Notes: generated from the letters alone by a model not told the origin. A stretch of 61,870 nt of DNA, filler included, from Circinaria calcarea (GCA_051942165.1; 21 parts of 21 records of this genome joined end to end with filler, not necessarily neighbours in it), one strand, 5' to 3'. Shown: positions 23,694-36,678, counted from the first letter of the whole stretch. Numbers and translations are program-made.

Positions 23694-24710
23694 TTGCCCT
23701 ATGATCACCTCGTAAGGACATCCTGCCAGAACTTCCAAAGTAAGAGTCTTTGAGCCACCACCGCCGCCTTCTCCAAATGTCCAGTCCGCTTCGATCTGGC
23801 CAACCGTTTCTTGCACGCTTCCGTTTGCCAAGCGGAGACTCTTTCGATGCTCTTGATCGGTGTGGATATCGAATCCGCGCTTCCTAGCATAAGCTTCAGA
23901 TACGATATGGACCTCCGAGCCCGTATCGGGCAATGCAAGCGTTTCCATTCCGGCCAGGGAGCCAATTAAGCGCTGGTTGAGAGAGCCAGCAGCGTTGAGA
24001 TGCTGTATACCTTGACCGTGAACTGTCTCGACTTGTATTCGATGTCGATTGCACGTCAAGGTCTCTGTTTCGGCGAGGAACGCATTGCCCAGTATGATGT
24101 TGTGGGCACAATCGAGTAAAAGGTGGAATACTAGCATGTGATATTCATCTGGTCTATCCTCGAACGTCCAGTGGACAAATACCATGCCCTTTGTACGAAC
24201 GGTTTTGCCGTTAGCAAGCTGAAAGCTCTGGCGATACTGAGGACCGCTCCTGATAAGGAATTTGGATCGACAAGCGTAGCTTGCAGACATCTTGTTGCAC
24301 TCCGCTCCGGTATCAGGCAATGCAGAGACTCGCCGTCCATATATTGATCCTTTCACGCTGAATATGCGCCTTGAATGTTTGATCGACATCTTTTTTTGAC
24401 TTGAGGTCTTCCTGGGTATAGTGCACATTTCACCCCATGGTATCGTGGACCATATATAGCGTGATGTTGTGCGCCTTTCAAATCGTGAGATGTTAGATTT
24501 CCTGCGAAACCTTTGAGGGATTGAAATAACCAATAATTCCCTGGACACTGGTACGTAGATTGGGTTATACCATGAATCACAAACTGGGGGAGTAAGCCTT
24601 GGAGAAATTTCCTTGGGCCGTGGTTCGAAAGCTGAGCTAAACCATGGTTTAAACGATGGATCGTCCTCCATTAGGGAAGTTAATGTTGGATATGGGATTA
24701 AGACATCCAA
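23694..24710 (-). CDS. Protein with two tandem retropepsin-like aspartic protease domains, 3'-truncated
   Basis: Two copies of ALPDTG(A/S)E..(M/V)S..YA...F.I...LANG...T.G.....WTF...V/LL..C....I(L/I)G. Start codon uncertain. Confidence 0.85.
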
Positions 24711-25140
24711 GGTCGATACTGTGATTTCACTGTATACACCCGTAGGGGGCGTGTTTGATGTGGGAATTCAATTGACACTTCCTTTTTGATGTAGTGAACG
24801 GTGCGCTGTATTACAGCAAACTAGAATTAATATATGCTAATGAACGGGAGAGAAGGGATTGGATATGCAGTCAAGCGAAGTACTTTGTCTGCAGATTTTG
24901 ATTCAAATTTCAAGACGCGTTACATACCGGGTGATGCGGTGCAGCGGGATAAAAAAAGAGGAAGCTTGAGAGTGTAGATAAGCGGAAAAGGAACAGTATA
25001 CACAGCCATATTTCACAGCCAGGCTTGGCGCTATTCCATCAGGGAATAGTTAGGTAGCAGCTTATATTATGATAATGAATATTCCTCATATAATCTATCT
25101 CGTCCCGATCCTCTGGATAGACAATGCGTGCGAAGCGTGA

Positions 25141-26222
25141 ATGTCCTCTACAAGATCCTCGGATATAGAAGCCGCAAAGACGCCCAAAGAATTCCTTGAA
25201 GGCTTTTCCAATTTTGCCGAATTCATAGCAAGCGACGATGACCTCTCAATTTATCGTCGGTTTCGTTCCTTGAGTGCGCGAAACCTACTATACCTCCAAG
25301 CCGAGTTACAAGTCCTTGAAGCGCAGCTCAGGGACCTTGACGAAAAGGGCAAAGCAGAGATTGACAATGGAGGAAATCTCGGGGACAAAATAGAGCTATT
25401 GCAGGTGGCGAGAGACTGGGAGAGCTTTGTTCGCAAAGCCGACCACGAAGACGAGAGGCAGATGAAGAAAATGAAAATGGTGATAGAGATCCGCCGGGTG
25501 ATGAAAGAGTATCGTAAGACGAACAGCGGTCATCCATGCCCTGGTCCTGAAGCTTATAAATACCTGTAGAGAAGGCGTTACTGCTGCAAAGCAAGGTCAT
25601 GGCTCTAGATGCTCCCGGAGAACGGGCCCTTGATGTCTTTAAAAGATGGTTCGAACGCAAGCAGCCACTGGTGGGCTACGGGGGAGAACTGCTGTCTGAC
25701 AAGGCGGACGTCGTGTCCCTTCGAAAGGAAGTAGATCCCGATAGGCTCTCCAAGTTCATGCAGGATCACTTCGGATACCTTTTCAAGATGAAGTAGCTGC
25801 TATCACTTCTTTGGAGCCTGGCTGATTGGTAGATAGGAAGCCTCCAAGGAGAGGCCCCTTTCCTGGGGCGATATGTACTATTTTCCGCAAAAGCCAATTG
25901 CACGGTTGGTGGCCATCGTAAGCGTGTTGCTTTCGGCGATCCTGCTCATCGGCGCCATCGTTGCATTGTACTATATTCCTACCTCAGATCCTACCAAACT
26001 GGGCATACTTGGGGCATTCACTATTCTATTTGCAGGGTCCATCGGGTTGTTGACAAACGCCCGAAGAGCAGAAGTCTTTGGGGCAACTGCAGCGTAAGCT
26101 ATCATGAGTTTTCAGTGGGTAACTTCTCAGAGGAGTCCGGCTAATTCAAAGATAGGTATGCCGCAGTCCTGGTTGTATTTGTGAGTGGAAGTTACAGCAA
26201 TCCGAGTAGTTGTAGATGTTAA
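25141..26222 (+). CDS. DUF6594-family membrane protein, 4 exons
   Basis: FIASDDDLSIYRRFRSLSARNLLYLQAELQVLEAQL...TNARRAEVFGATAA|YAAVLVVFVS signature; three GT-AG introns. Confidence 0.9.
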
Positions 26223-27177
26223 CGCTGGTGTTAAAATATACCACGAGAGCCATGCACAATAAGCTTCACTCAGTGGAGCTAGCATATGAATATTACAGTT
26301 TCATTCATCAGACTACATGTAAAGCCATGAAAAGCTGTTGAAGACCGCCGTATTGATCACAGAGTTTGCTGACACGTAGGTACATTTAGTGTCTGGCTCG
26401 AAGGCCATTAAGTAAAGCCCACCATTCGTACCCTGAAGCGCCTTGATACACCAGAAGACGCCATCGCTACATGCCCATCAGCGCCATATGTGCAGAAGCC
26501 CACATTCAACATCAGAGTCTGTACCCAGGTACAAAGATGAACAGAACGTTNNNNNNNNNNNNNNNNNNNNNNNNNNNNNNNNNNNNNNNNNNNNTTAATT
26601 AATTAANNNNNNNNNNNNNNNNNNNNNNNNNNNNNNNNNNNNNNNNNNNNCAGATTGTCCACAAAAGGCTTGTACGTGCAATAATGCGAATTTCTTCAAT
26701 CCATATCCGATTCCTCGATCGCAGGTAGCACTAACATGGCATGAATCGTAAGGTAGAGGGGGTGTGGCATTGGATATTGCGACAGCTTACAGCTGCACAT
26801 CCTGTGTAAAACGTCTAGATACCTTCTACAATAACCTTGAAAGCAAGGATGTTTGCTGCAATGCAATATGATCTGCATTCTCTTATCTCGAAATACAAAA
26901 TACTTTTTGAACTATGTCTAACCTAGTAAAGTAGGCAGAGCTGAAAAGATACGATCGATTGAGAAGCCTTCCCAGCTCTCCTTTTTTCCAGGCGTTTGAA
27001 TATAATAAAGCTATGAAACATCCCACCAGATTAGTCTGAAATCACTTCAACTCCTTATACGTTCAGCCTGTCTGCGTGCATTTCAAGTCCTTACTCGGTT
27101 AATACGATCCTCGTTACACCATCGCGCTAGCAGAAAACATAGCTCAATCTATCATCATCGTTAATATATCACTTAAT

Positions 27178-27294
27178 ATGGCCCAAATCACGAGCATTCA
27201 GCCGATAGACCACACATCTTGCTCCAATTCAAACTGTATATACAACAATCCAACCTATGCCACAACGTGCGAGCAGTGCGGAGCTGATATGTAG
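27178..27294 (+). CDS. 38-aa micro-ORF with RanBP2/NZF-type zinc-finger spacing
   Basis: MAQITSIQPIDHTSCSNSNCIYNNPTYATTCEQCGADM*: C-x4-C-x3-N-x6-C-x2-C. Start context aatATGG; GT...AG intron-like segment just after the stop (27313-27368). Confidence 0.6.
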   Translation: MAQITSIQPIDHTSCSNSNCIYNNPTYATTCEQCGADM

Positions 27295-27574
27295 CACGCA
27301 AAGCTTTCTGAGGTACGTTTTGTAATACTCCAATTGCTATAATTACTAGATATTTATGAAAATATAGACTGCACTGACGAGGTCGTTGTTGTTATTAAGA
27401 TGTGGCAGCTGGGTTAGGAAAGGGAAATAGGATGTCAAATATCTTTGCTTTGGATAAGAGCTTTTGTAATTCATCAAAGGTTCATTTACAGGGGAGAGCA
27501 AAAAGTATTTCATTCGTTGTAGCAGACAGGAGGAAGTTGCGCAATTAATTCATTCGAATTAATGCATTATCTGA

Positions 27575-28558
27575 TCAAGCTGCCCTCGTTTTTGCCTTAT
27601 TCCACTTCAGGTACACTGTGTCCAGGCTGTTAAACCCCTTCATCTCAAGAGCACTCACTAACAGCTCGGCCCATTCATTCTTCTCAGCATCAGTTGTAGA
27701 CCCCAGCCGAAAAGCCCAATTGCTGGCAGGCTTCGTGGCCACCCAGAAACGTGGAAAATAAGCTGCCGCTTCCCAGTCGATGATAGTAGCGACACTATTT
27801 CCATCGTCGGACACTAGGATATTAGTGGGACCGAGATCAGGATGATAGAAATGAAAGGACTCGTCCAATTCAGGCGGAGGTTCGCTCGACATAGTCGTCA
27901 TGTAGTTTTTCATTTCCTTGGATGAGAAAGGCCCAAGGGTCATGGGCAACCAAGTTGGATTGGAGACAGGAGGGTGGCCCATAAGGGAATATTCCAAGAC
28001 TCCGAATCCAGAGACGGTTTCATACCGGCATGATGTTATTGCGGTAAGGATGGAGCAGTGCTGCGCGATCTCATCCGCAATATTCGAGCGCTGGTCGGCG
28101 GAAAGATGAGGCCAGGCCGTGTTTAACGTTCGGGCATGCACTCGCTTCAAGATGAGATATGTGCGATTAAGGGGTCGATCGGTCCATGAGTGTATAACTT
28201 CAGGCACCGGCACATCTGGGCAGTTCTCGCGGACGAAGCTGATAGTAGTAGCTTCAAGCTGCCGGCCTTCACACCAACTTTTTACCTTGCAGATAACTTC
28301 GTTCCCAATCCCCCAGACAGATCCTCCTGTGCCACATTCTTGTATTCGGTCAATTGCTGAATCGCCTTCGTTAAGAGTTGTACGTAGTGTTTGGTCTCGC
28401 GGGAGAAGATAGAATGTGCTGTCACCGTCTTGCCAAGAAACAATGCTATTGAGTGGCTGGAACTCTCTGGCAGTGATTTTGGAGCAGATCATGGTTAATC
28501 CCAGAATCCAAAGGCGAGAGTCTACCCGTTTCACAGACTCGCGCGCTGGTGGTTCCAT
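27575..28558 (-). CDS. Aminoglycoside-phosphotransferase/choline-kinase-like (APH) protein
   Basis: EATTISFVRENCPDVPVPEV, FYHPDLGPTNILV and IIDWEAAAYFPRFW motifs; intronless; likely start MEPPARES. Confidence 0.93.
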   Translation of the reverse strand: MEPPARESVKRVDSRLWILGLTMICSKITAREFQPLNSIVSWQDGDSTFYLLPRDQTLRTTLNEGDSAIDRIQECGTGGSVWGIGNEVICKVKSWCEGRQLEATTISFVRENCPDVPVPEVIHSWTDRPLNRTYLILKRVHARTLNTAWPHLSADQRSNIADEIAQHCSILTAITSCRYETVSGFGVLEYSLMGHPPVSNPTWLPMTLGPFSSKEMKNYMTTMSSEPPPELDESFHFYHPDLGPTNILVSDDGNSVATIIDWEAAAYFPRFWVATKPASNWAFRLGSTTDAEKNEWAELLVSALEMKGFNSLDTVYLKWNKAKTRAA

Positions 28559-29115
28559 TTCACTGCTACACGTCAATGAAGTTTATAAGATGATAGTTGG
28601 TACAGATTTACCAAAACATAACTTTTAATTTATATCGTCGGGCTCTCGAGTAGGTCCGTAGAGATTTGCAGATAAGTTTTCGTGTAGCAGTTTCTGGGTT
28701 CGTTCCTCAAAAATATATATAAGGAGGATCACTATCTAGACTATTTTAGGAGCAAAGAATGGTGTGGCCTACGTTGCAGCTATGTGTCTGAAAAGGCACG
28801 CAGCTGATAAATAGAGTTGAGATATAGAGGTTATATGGGGGAGTTTTTAGCGGCGTGATCTCGCCTGGTGTCGTAGGTCTTGGCGTCATCCACGCCCCTG
28901 TCCACACCTAATTTACAGCGCTCCAGGCCGGTTTTTCAACCCCGCAGACCTAATTTTTGGGCAAATTTTGGCGTGGATGACAGGTGGATGACGGCGCTAA
29001 AGGTGATGTCAAAGGTCTACTGATACTGGCAGACCTAATTTTTTTTGGCGCGGGGTATAGAGTATTTTTCCACTTCCTCTGCCCTTTTCTTTCTTTCTTT
29101 TTCACACAACTAATC

Positions 29116-29504
29116 ATGTCTACAGGAACTTTTTCGCGTCCTCCCTCCGCCGTCCTTCCTTTCCTCCCCCCTGCCTCTGCCTCCGCCGCCGCCGCTGCGC
29201 CTGCCGCCGTTACGTTCGGCGAAGACGATCCGGCGCTGCAACATCGGGTCGATCTTCGCGTGGAAGCGGCCGTTAAGGAGGTCTTGTTGAAGCATGATCT
29301 CACAAGACCTCCGAATACTACGAGGGCTTACGCTCCGAAGCAGAAGGAGTGGAGGGAATATAACCCCCCCCCCTTTTTTATCTCCTTCCGCTTCGCTCCT
29401 GTATCTGCTAACATGTTAGCAGGCCTGGTGCGCGACGCAGAACTTCGGCCGTCCTGCGTCCGGCTCGGCATATCTTTCCGGTGACTTGGTCGACGAGGGG
29501 AAGC
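29116..29504 (+). mobile_element. Crypton/Ndc10-like tyrosine-recombinase ORF, 5' end only
   Basis: RPPNTTRAYAPKQKEWR|AWCATQNF...GDLVDEGK resembles the N-terminal region of fungal Crypton (Ndc10-related) proteins. The catalytic domain lies beyond the contig edge. Confidence 0.7.
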
Positions 29505-29604
29505 NNNNNNNNNNNNNNNNNNNNNNNNNNNNNNNNNNNNNNNNNNNNTTAATTAATTAANNNNNNNNNNNNNNNNNNNNNNNNNNNNNNNNNNNNNNNN
29601 NNNN

Positions 29605-30304
29605 TGTAACCACAAGCGTACTGTTGCTGCCGGGCACGAATCTCAGATGGAGAAGATGGGTGATCGTATCAAAGGTCTCAAGTATCAGAAGTGGCGTTTA
29701 AAGCAGATGATGATCGACGTAGATCCCAAGATCAAGAAGATAAAGGGAGCCGCGTACTTTGAGCTCGAGGACGACTTGGATCAGGATTGGATCAAGGAGC
29801 ATCAAGATTATCTTGTTGAAGAGCAACGTCAGAAGATACAGAAGAAATTCGACAAGGAAAACGAGAAACTGAGGGCAGAGGGCCAAACTGAGATGAAGGC
29901 CAAGGAGTTGGAAGAAAGGATGGAAGTTGCTGACGAGCTGGAGAAGAAGTTCAAGAAGGAGAACAAGACCGGAAAAGTGGAGGCCGAGGGTAAGGGACCG
30001 ACGATTGAGAAGTTGGAGAATAATCTTACGAAGCTGGATCAACGAATTGTGAACATGGGCCTGCAAGCAGAGGACAAGGAGAGTAACAAGGAAGTCGCAC
30101 TTGGGACGTCGAAGATTGTGGGTCTTTTCCAAAGGATCTTGTCTGAGTTGAGGTACTGATCCTATATAGAATTACATTGACCCCCGTCTCACCGTCGTCT
30201 TCTCCAAGAAATTCAACGTCCCGATTGAAAAGTTCTTTTCAAAAACCCTACGCGAGAAGTTTGATTGGGCAATCAAATCTGTCGATGAGAACTGGGAGTT
30301 CTAA
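29605..30304 (+). CDS. TOP1: DNA topoisomerase I, C-terminal part (intron 30118-30169)
   Basis: CNHKRTV...[25 protein letters not shown]...KFDWAI, including the catalytic Tyr motif. Confidence 0.98.
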
Positions 30305-33300
30305 ACCCCGTGTCGGTCTCATTTGATGCATTCATTTGCTGGAGCAGATTTTGGAATTATAGAATGTGTCTACGCAGTCTGCATCAGCTGTTTTTTGGTA
30401 GCTTGGCTCCAAGAAGAGCTCCACACTTCTCCATGCTTGCAGCGAGTGGTACATGCAGATAAACAATTCGCTTTTTCCGAAGCATCATTCTCCTTGCACT
30501 GTCGAAGCATTTCTTGCATGGCATCATGATCACCCATGGCTGTGATGGGTATGGCAATCGCATCCGGGCGTTGGTACTGGCGAATCATGGGTGAAAGATA
30601 GAGCAGAGCAGAGCAACAGTCTCCCTTTTTGCTCAATAGCGAAACAAAGATAGCATATTAGCTTTTACCAAATAAATACTGCTGCCATCACACAGGTTAC
30701 TATTTACTAGATAAGGTACTATGTTGATATCGGTTTGGTTTACGGAGTTTTCCTAATTGAGGTTTGTTTGGAAACTCTATTATTGGATTTTGAGACAAAA
30801 CTTTAAGCCTAGTTTCATACTTAGCTTTCTGCCTACCCCCCACCTGCCTCCCTGAACCTCTTATCTCCTTAATCCCTTATCTCCTTTTCTTCCCCTTCCC
30901 CCTTTATTAAAATTTCGGGATAAATATTCGGGGGGGCATCGGCAAAATAATATGCTGTTATGGTAATTATTTTTTTTAAAAAAATAAATAAATTCATGCA
31001 TTAGCCTTAGGTCACCCCCTGACGAGGGCGACGTCGGGCCAGCGCAGCTCCTACGCGCCATGTATTTAGCACTCCGTAGCCATTCTGGCTGCACAGGCTG
31101 GATTCTGGGAATATACGCCTTCACTACGTGACATACATCAAGGGAGTAAGGGGAAGCACTAAAGGACCGGTGGTGGGGGGGAGCAGTAACGGAGCACCAA
31201 GGGAAGCAGCGTTATGGGGTAGTGCAAGGGCGTAGTACTTCGTAGGTGGAAGTCTGAAACCTCTACCTATATCTCGCCGCATTCTACCTGCGTCTTGAAA
31301 TAACTCATTATAACCCAAGGGGGATAGAGACCCACGAAAAAACCATCTACCTCTTTCCGCTTCCCTTGGTAGATATGTCTGAATGCTCTGACTGTGGTTC
31401 ATTAGGATACTTCGCCTCGTGCAATTATTCAATGAGTAGTCCTGCCAGCTTTCACCTCTCCGGTCGGCGCTCTTTTTTAAACTTCTTTCTGCCTTTTTTT
31501 TACTCCTTTTCACCAGCCTGTCCTTATCGTTTGCGTTTACGTTTCGTCTCAAGCTTTTCCGGAATTCTAGCAGAATTGGCTGATGGGGTTTTAAAAAGGA
31601 AAAAAGTGGCCCACTTTGTATCGCTTCGACTCTCCCACACCTTTTCTCCTGCGATTAGCGCAAAAGGCTTAATTCACATCCGTTGTCTGTGGTGGAACTG
31701 TATGTGATTTGTCCTGTTGAAGGGAGGGAAGAGATAAGATGTTGTAGAATAAAAATCGAGGGGATAATACGGATGATCTTGAGTCTACTTTCAGTCTTTT
31801 TTTTGGGGGGGGGGGACAATCGTCCTCCGTGCTTATCTTTTGGGGATTCGGCAACAGAGAGTTTATGGCACACCTTCCTGCCTACTAACCGAAGAGACAG
31901 AGGACCGGGTCGACTAGCCCATTCTTGTTGAGTCCCCAAAGGAAAAACCTGGTTGGAAACAGGGGGCACAGTTGGAGTTATGTGTGTTGTGCTCCTCGAA
32001 CCAAAAAAGATAGAAGTAGTTGACACAAAAGGTTCTCGGTTTATATTGCAATCAGTGAGTGAGGATAGTTTAGATGTGAATCGGGGCGCCATTTCAGATG
32101 GCATACCACTTTTTCTTGGGAAATACGATGGCGGGAAACTCCACAATTAGTGTTTTTGGTCTAGCTCGCTCCATGAAAAGGGTGAACCAAGGTGAACCAA
32201 CCAAAAGAATCGTACTGTACTGTGATTTAAAGAATATAGGATGGGGTGGGGTCTCATACCCATATCGGCAAATTGTGGGCTTCCGAAGAGCCATCCGTTA
32301 GTATTGTCGAGAAGACAGCAGCGCGCGGAGGGGAAAAACAGAAGCACAAGCGATCCAGGGAAGGGGCAGCAGGGAGAGAGAAACAAAAAATCCTCGACTA
32401 GCATGGCAAGCAAAGCAGAAAGAAACTGCGACGCCCGCTCTTTGCGTTCAGCCAGGCNNNNNNNNNNNNNNNNNNNNNNNNNNNNNNNNNNNNNNNNNNN
32501 NTTAATTAATTAANNNNNNNNNNNNNNNNNNNNNNNNNNNNNNNNNNNNNNNNNNNNGCAGCCATGGCAGGGTCCGGGCGAGAGCTGGATGGCATAGCAA
32601 CGTCCGAGTGTCTCAAATGCCTGCAACGATGCGGACATTTAAGCTGCCGTGTGACCGTCGCCCGAAGGTAGGCCAACGGCGGGGATGACGGCAGAGGTAG
32701 CCCATGATTCTCCAAATCGGAGAGGCAACCGTTGTCCCATTAAGCTGTACAATCGGGCGTCAGTATTTTGGCGGAGACACTTGTCGTGGTACTCTACTCT
32801 TGCGGTATGATATCTCTGGACATCTGTACGTGCAAGGGTGTACAGGGTACATGTATGCCGGGATCCAGCTGTCAGTCGTCAAAGCAGAAAGCTCTTCACT
32901 CGAGTCCGTAGGACATTGATGAGAGTTGGATACTCGACCGGCGTATCTGATCTGGTATGCCTCTGAGATACGCTTCCGTTAGACCATCTTCACCATCCTT
33001 CGAATATTCTCGATGTATACTTGGCACGAGGACCAGATTCATCATGGTAGTCGAACATGGCTCAAAGCCAATGGAAAACCCGGGGCATAGCTGGCAATAT
33101 GCCATTTCCGCATTTTGGACAGATCGCATCTCTTTCTCTTGCAGCTTTTCAGAAGAGAAGGACAGAAAGTGTAGGGGTCGCCAAGTGGTTGAACGGCGCT
33201 AATGCCTGCCGCCATCCCACGTTGCCGGCAGGTGGTACCGAGCCAAAGTAGAATAGCGTATAACACGATAACAGAAACCCTTCAGTCAGTCTAATTTCAA

Positions 33301-35509
33301 TATATATCAAATGTATTTATTTTAGTGAATTCTTTCTATCACAGTATTCTATAAAGCTAAGCTGTCCGTACAGTCGGCTGATGTAGATACAGCAATTTTA
33401 ATCCCCGCCAGCCTGGTGTTTCTTCGCTGACTATGGTAATAACCAATCAATAATTCAGATGGACTCGGAAATGACGGGAATCCATCCCGAACTCGACACC
33501 ATCAGATTTGATCGAAAGCACGACAATCAGCATGCGTTATGCAGTGTATTCCCGTGGCTCTCTTTGAGGCCTTTGTACATTGGTTTGCTGCTGCACATGA
33601 AGTAGGCGAGCTACAGGGTCGTGACTGTTATAGGATAGGCTATGAACCCATGGTAATTCGATAACTTTAACTCATTTCTTCTACCTCAACCATTGCATTG
33701 GCCTAATGTGGCCTTAAGCATTTCCACCGCTACGATATGTGACTCAACAGAACTTGATTAATCAGCGATACCAAGTGCTTAACATAACATAGCATTTCTA
33801 GACCCCTTTGCCATAATTGGATCGGTGGCACAGAGGAGGTAGGACGAATGAATATGGCGGTAAGCTCTGGTAGATAAGTTTGACATGAGAGCGCTAAGAA
33901 GGGGGTTTTCGGTGGGTAGATTTGCTCTGGATTGCAGCTGCATTGTCATGGTCTACTTATCTATCTTTTGGGGGAAGGTCGTGGTAAAGGACGGGTTCGT
34001 GCAGCCATAACATAGAAGAGGCCATCCTGTGGTAGAAATAATTCGAAAAACATCACTACAAGTGGTAGTTCAGTGTTGTCCTTGGCTCACCCCAATCTTA
34101 GTGCCTAGTATGCCATCACAGCCCATACTGAACGTTCACCAGCTATGTCCTTGTTGCAGTACCTACCATTCCAACAAGATAGACCGGCTTGACTGTTCCC
34201 CCAGCACCTTCCTCGCTGCGCATCAACAGTCTGTCATTGGATGTCAGTCAGAGCAACCGCTGGGGCATGTCAAGCAATTTTTCAAAGCATAAAGAAAGTG
34301 CAACAATCCCGAGGACCGAGGCAAAAGGAAGAAGAATTAAAGGGTTGCAGCTAGGCAGTATTCTAGCCGTGTTTTGTTGATCGACAGCCCCACGGCGTTC
34401 CCAATAATGACCTCGGAAACCCTAACAGCTTCGCAATCAACAAGAATCAGCGTGATTTCTTTACCAGTCTCAGCCGTGTCCTGGACAGTGTTGCAGACGA
34501 CAGTGAACAAGTTCATCATAATAAGGTAGAGGCGGAACTAAACCACTGAGAGTAAAGTTGGTACGGAGAACCGATTAGGCTACTTTTACAAGGCGGATTG
34601 AGATCTTTGAGTCTCCCGTACCAATCAACCATTATGATAGCAAGTGAGGAACCCTGCTGTCCAAGGAGTTCGGATGTGCTGGGCTTTCTGATTCATTCTG
34701 GTGGATGTCAGCCGTGGAGCAAGACGTTGCTTGGGGTTCTAAGATACTAACCACGGAGAGAACCTTGACGTTTGCGTACATAGTCGACCAGAGAAAAGGG
34801 TAGTGATCTTTCCCGCGCCATCAGCTCCCGAGGACAGCAGTACCAGCAAACGAACAAAAGAATGACCGTTGCGATGAGCGGCAGCCAAAGCGGAAACATT
34901 GCCTTAGCTCAACGCTGAACCTTCCAAATATACGGTACCCGTACCGTAGTGAGGGGCAAATCTATCGTGGCAACAATTGCCGTGAACGATGTCGTCCTAA
35001 CCGGCTTGATTCGTTTGTCCGGATTCGAAAACTACTCGGCTACACCTCCAGATTTCCTAATCAAGCCCTCTGCAGTCAGTTCATGGAGGATAGCTCCGGA
35101 TAGGGAGATCTCCCACTGTAGGTAATATATAAGGGTAGTTAACCCTTGTGATATTCCGAAGTCTTTATACTTGGTCTTCCCCAGAGCTCGAGCCATTGAT
35201 AGAAAGTAGGTGAGCACTGCTCGATAAAAATAACAACCCCAACAACTTTTGAAGTATGAATGAGACTTACCTATCTCAGAGTTTTCCAGCTCATCCTTGT
35301 CCCTCTCAACACCCTCGAGTCCTGACAATGCTGTACTCGTCCATCATCAAAGGTATGCCACCCTTCCAGAGAACCAATCTCCTGTCATTCGACTAAACTC
35401 GTCGTGATTNNNNNNNNNNNNNNNNNNNNNNNNNNNNNNNNNNNNNNNNNNNNTTAATTAATTAANNNNNNNNNNNNNNNNNNNNNNNNNNNNNNNNNNN
35501 NNNNNNNNN

Positions 35510-36678
35510 TCGAGGGCGAGCCAAGCAAGATCTGTCCACGGAGAACGACGCTCTTTCCAGGAGTATAGGAGGTCAAGGAGCATGATGGCGATAATGCCAA
35601 ACAAAGCACCCGAAGCCCCGGTTGAGGCGATGCCAGCTGGTGCAAAATTGCCGCCCATCACAAAACCGAAAATTCCACTACACAAATAGACGAAGAGAAA
35701 CCTTATGGAGCCAATAATCTCCTCCATTTCTCGGCCCAGTGTAAGTTGTAATAGCATATTAAAGGCGATGTGGATAATGCCTGCGTGTAGAAACATCGGG
35801 ACGATAAAGCGAAACCATTGGTTTGGCTGTGGCATATCGGTCAAGGAGCCATTCGGCTTAGGATTGGGTACTGGGTAAGAACTAGTGAATCCGCAGAGGT
35901 CAGACAGGGTGCATTGATTCATTGGGTTGTTATAATCAGCAGTAGTGGTGTTTGGACACGGCCAGGTGAACGTCTCATTCCAGTTCTGAACTTTGTCCAC
36001 GTTCTTCATACACGGCACGAACCGAGCTCCCATGTTGATCAACACATAAATCGAAGGGCCAAGCATGGGATTGACCTGCGGATGTATTTGGATGGGTGAT
36101 TTGGTCAGAACAGCTGAGCGATGTTAGTCTCGGTTCCTCCAGAAGGACCCCACATCAGACGTACCATTTCTTGCGAGCTCAGCAATGAATACTGTAATTT
36201 GAATCAAAGTGAGAATGTAGACCACCCATGTATTCTTCAACCTGAAGAAGCTTTTCCTTTTCTTTTGCCTCCTCCGATTTGCTCCTGATTGCCCTTCGCC
36301 AGTCGGATAGGGTAGACCATTCTCTTCAGCAAAGGCCTGCTTGTTTGGCGATTCTCCGTCCGTCGAGTATTTCGGAACGTTTGATCGCAAAGGTATATCG
36401 TCGGCGTAGGCTCCCTGCTCGCTTATCCTCCCTCCACCGCCGGCGCCATAGTACTTGGAGTCGCCCCCGATACTTTGCTGACTATGATGTGTATGAAAGG
36501 AAGAATTGACGTCGTAGTCGATTGGAGTTATCGGTGAATCTGCTTGGCCCGCATGATCCGGCCTATATGAAGAGTATGAAGAGAGGGGTATTGGAAGCGG
36601 CGGGAGTGGGGCATCGGAGCGTCGCTGTTGAGCCAGATGATCTGATGGGTGAGAGTTGTAGTAGTCGTTGGCAGCCAT
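35510..36678 (-). CDS. Rhomboid-family intramembrane protease, 3'-truncated, one intron
   Basis: MAANDYYN start; NPMLGPS..MGARF, QWFRFIVPMFLHAGIIHIAFN and STGASGALFG (catalytic Ser). Confidence 0.95.

Noticed and set aside
30830..31560. Possible decayed element ORF (31124-31552, minus)
   Set aside because: Looks mutated and low-complexity, but has no recognisable domain, terminus or second copy in the window.
32558..35409. Genes on contig 12, e.g. a hydrophobic start MFPLWLPLIATVILLFVCWYCC near 34899(-)
   Set aside because: Could not assemble a consistent spliced model or recognise a family.
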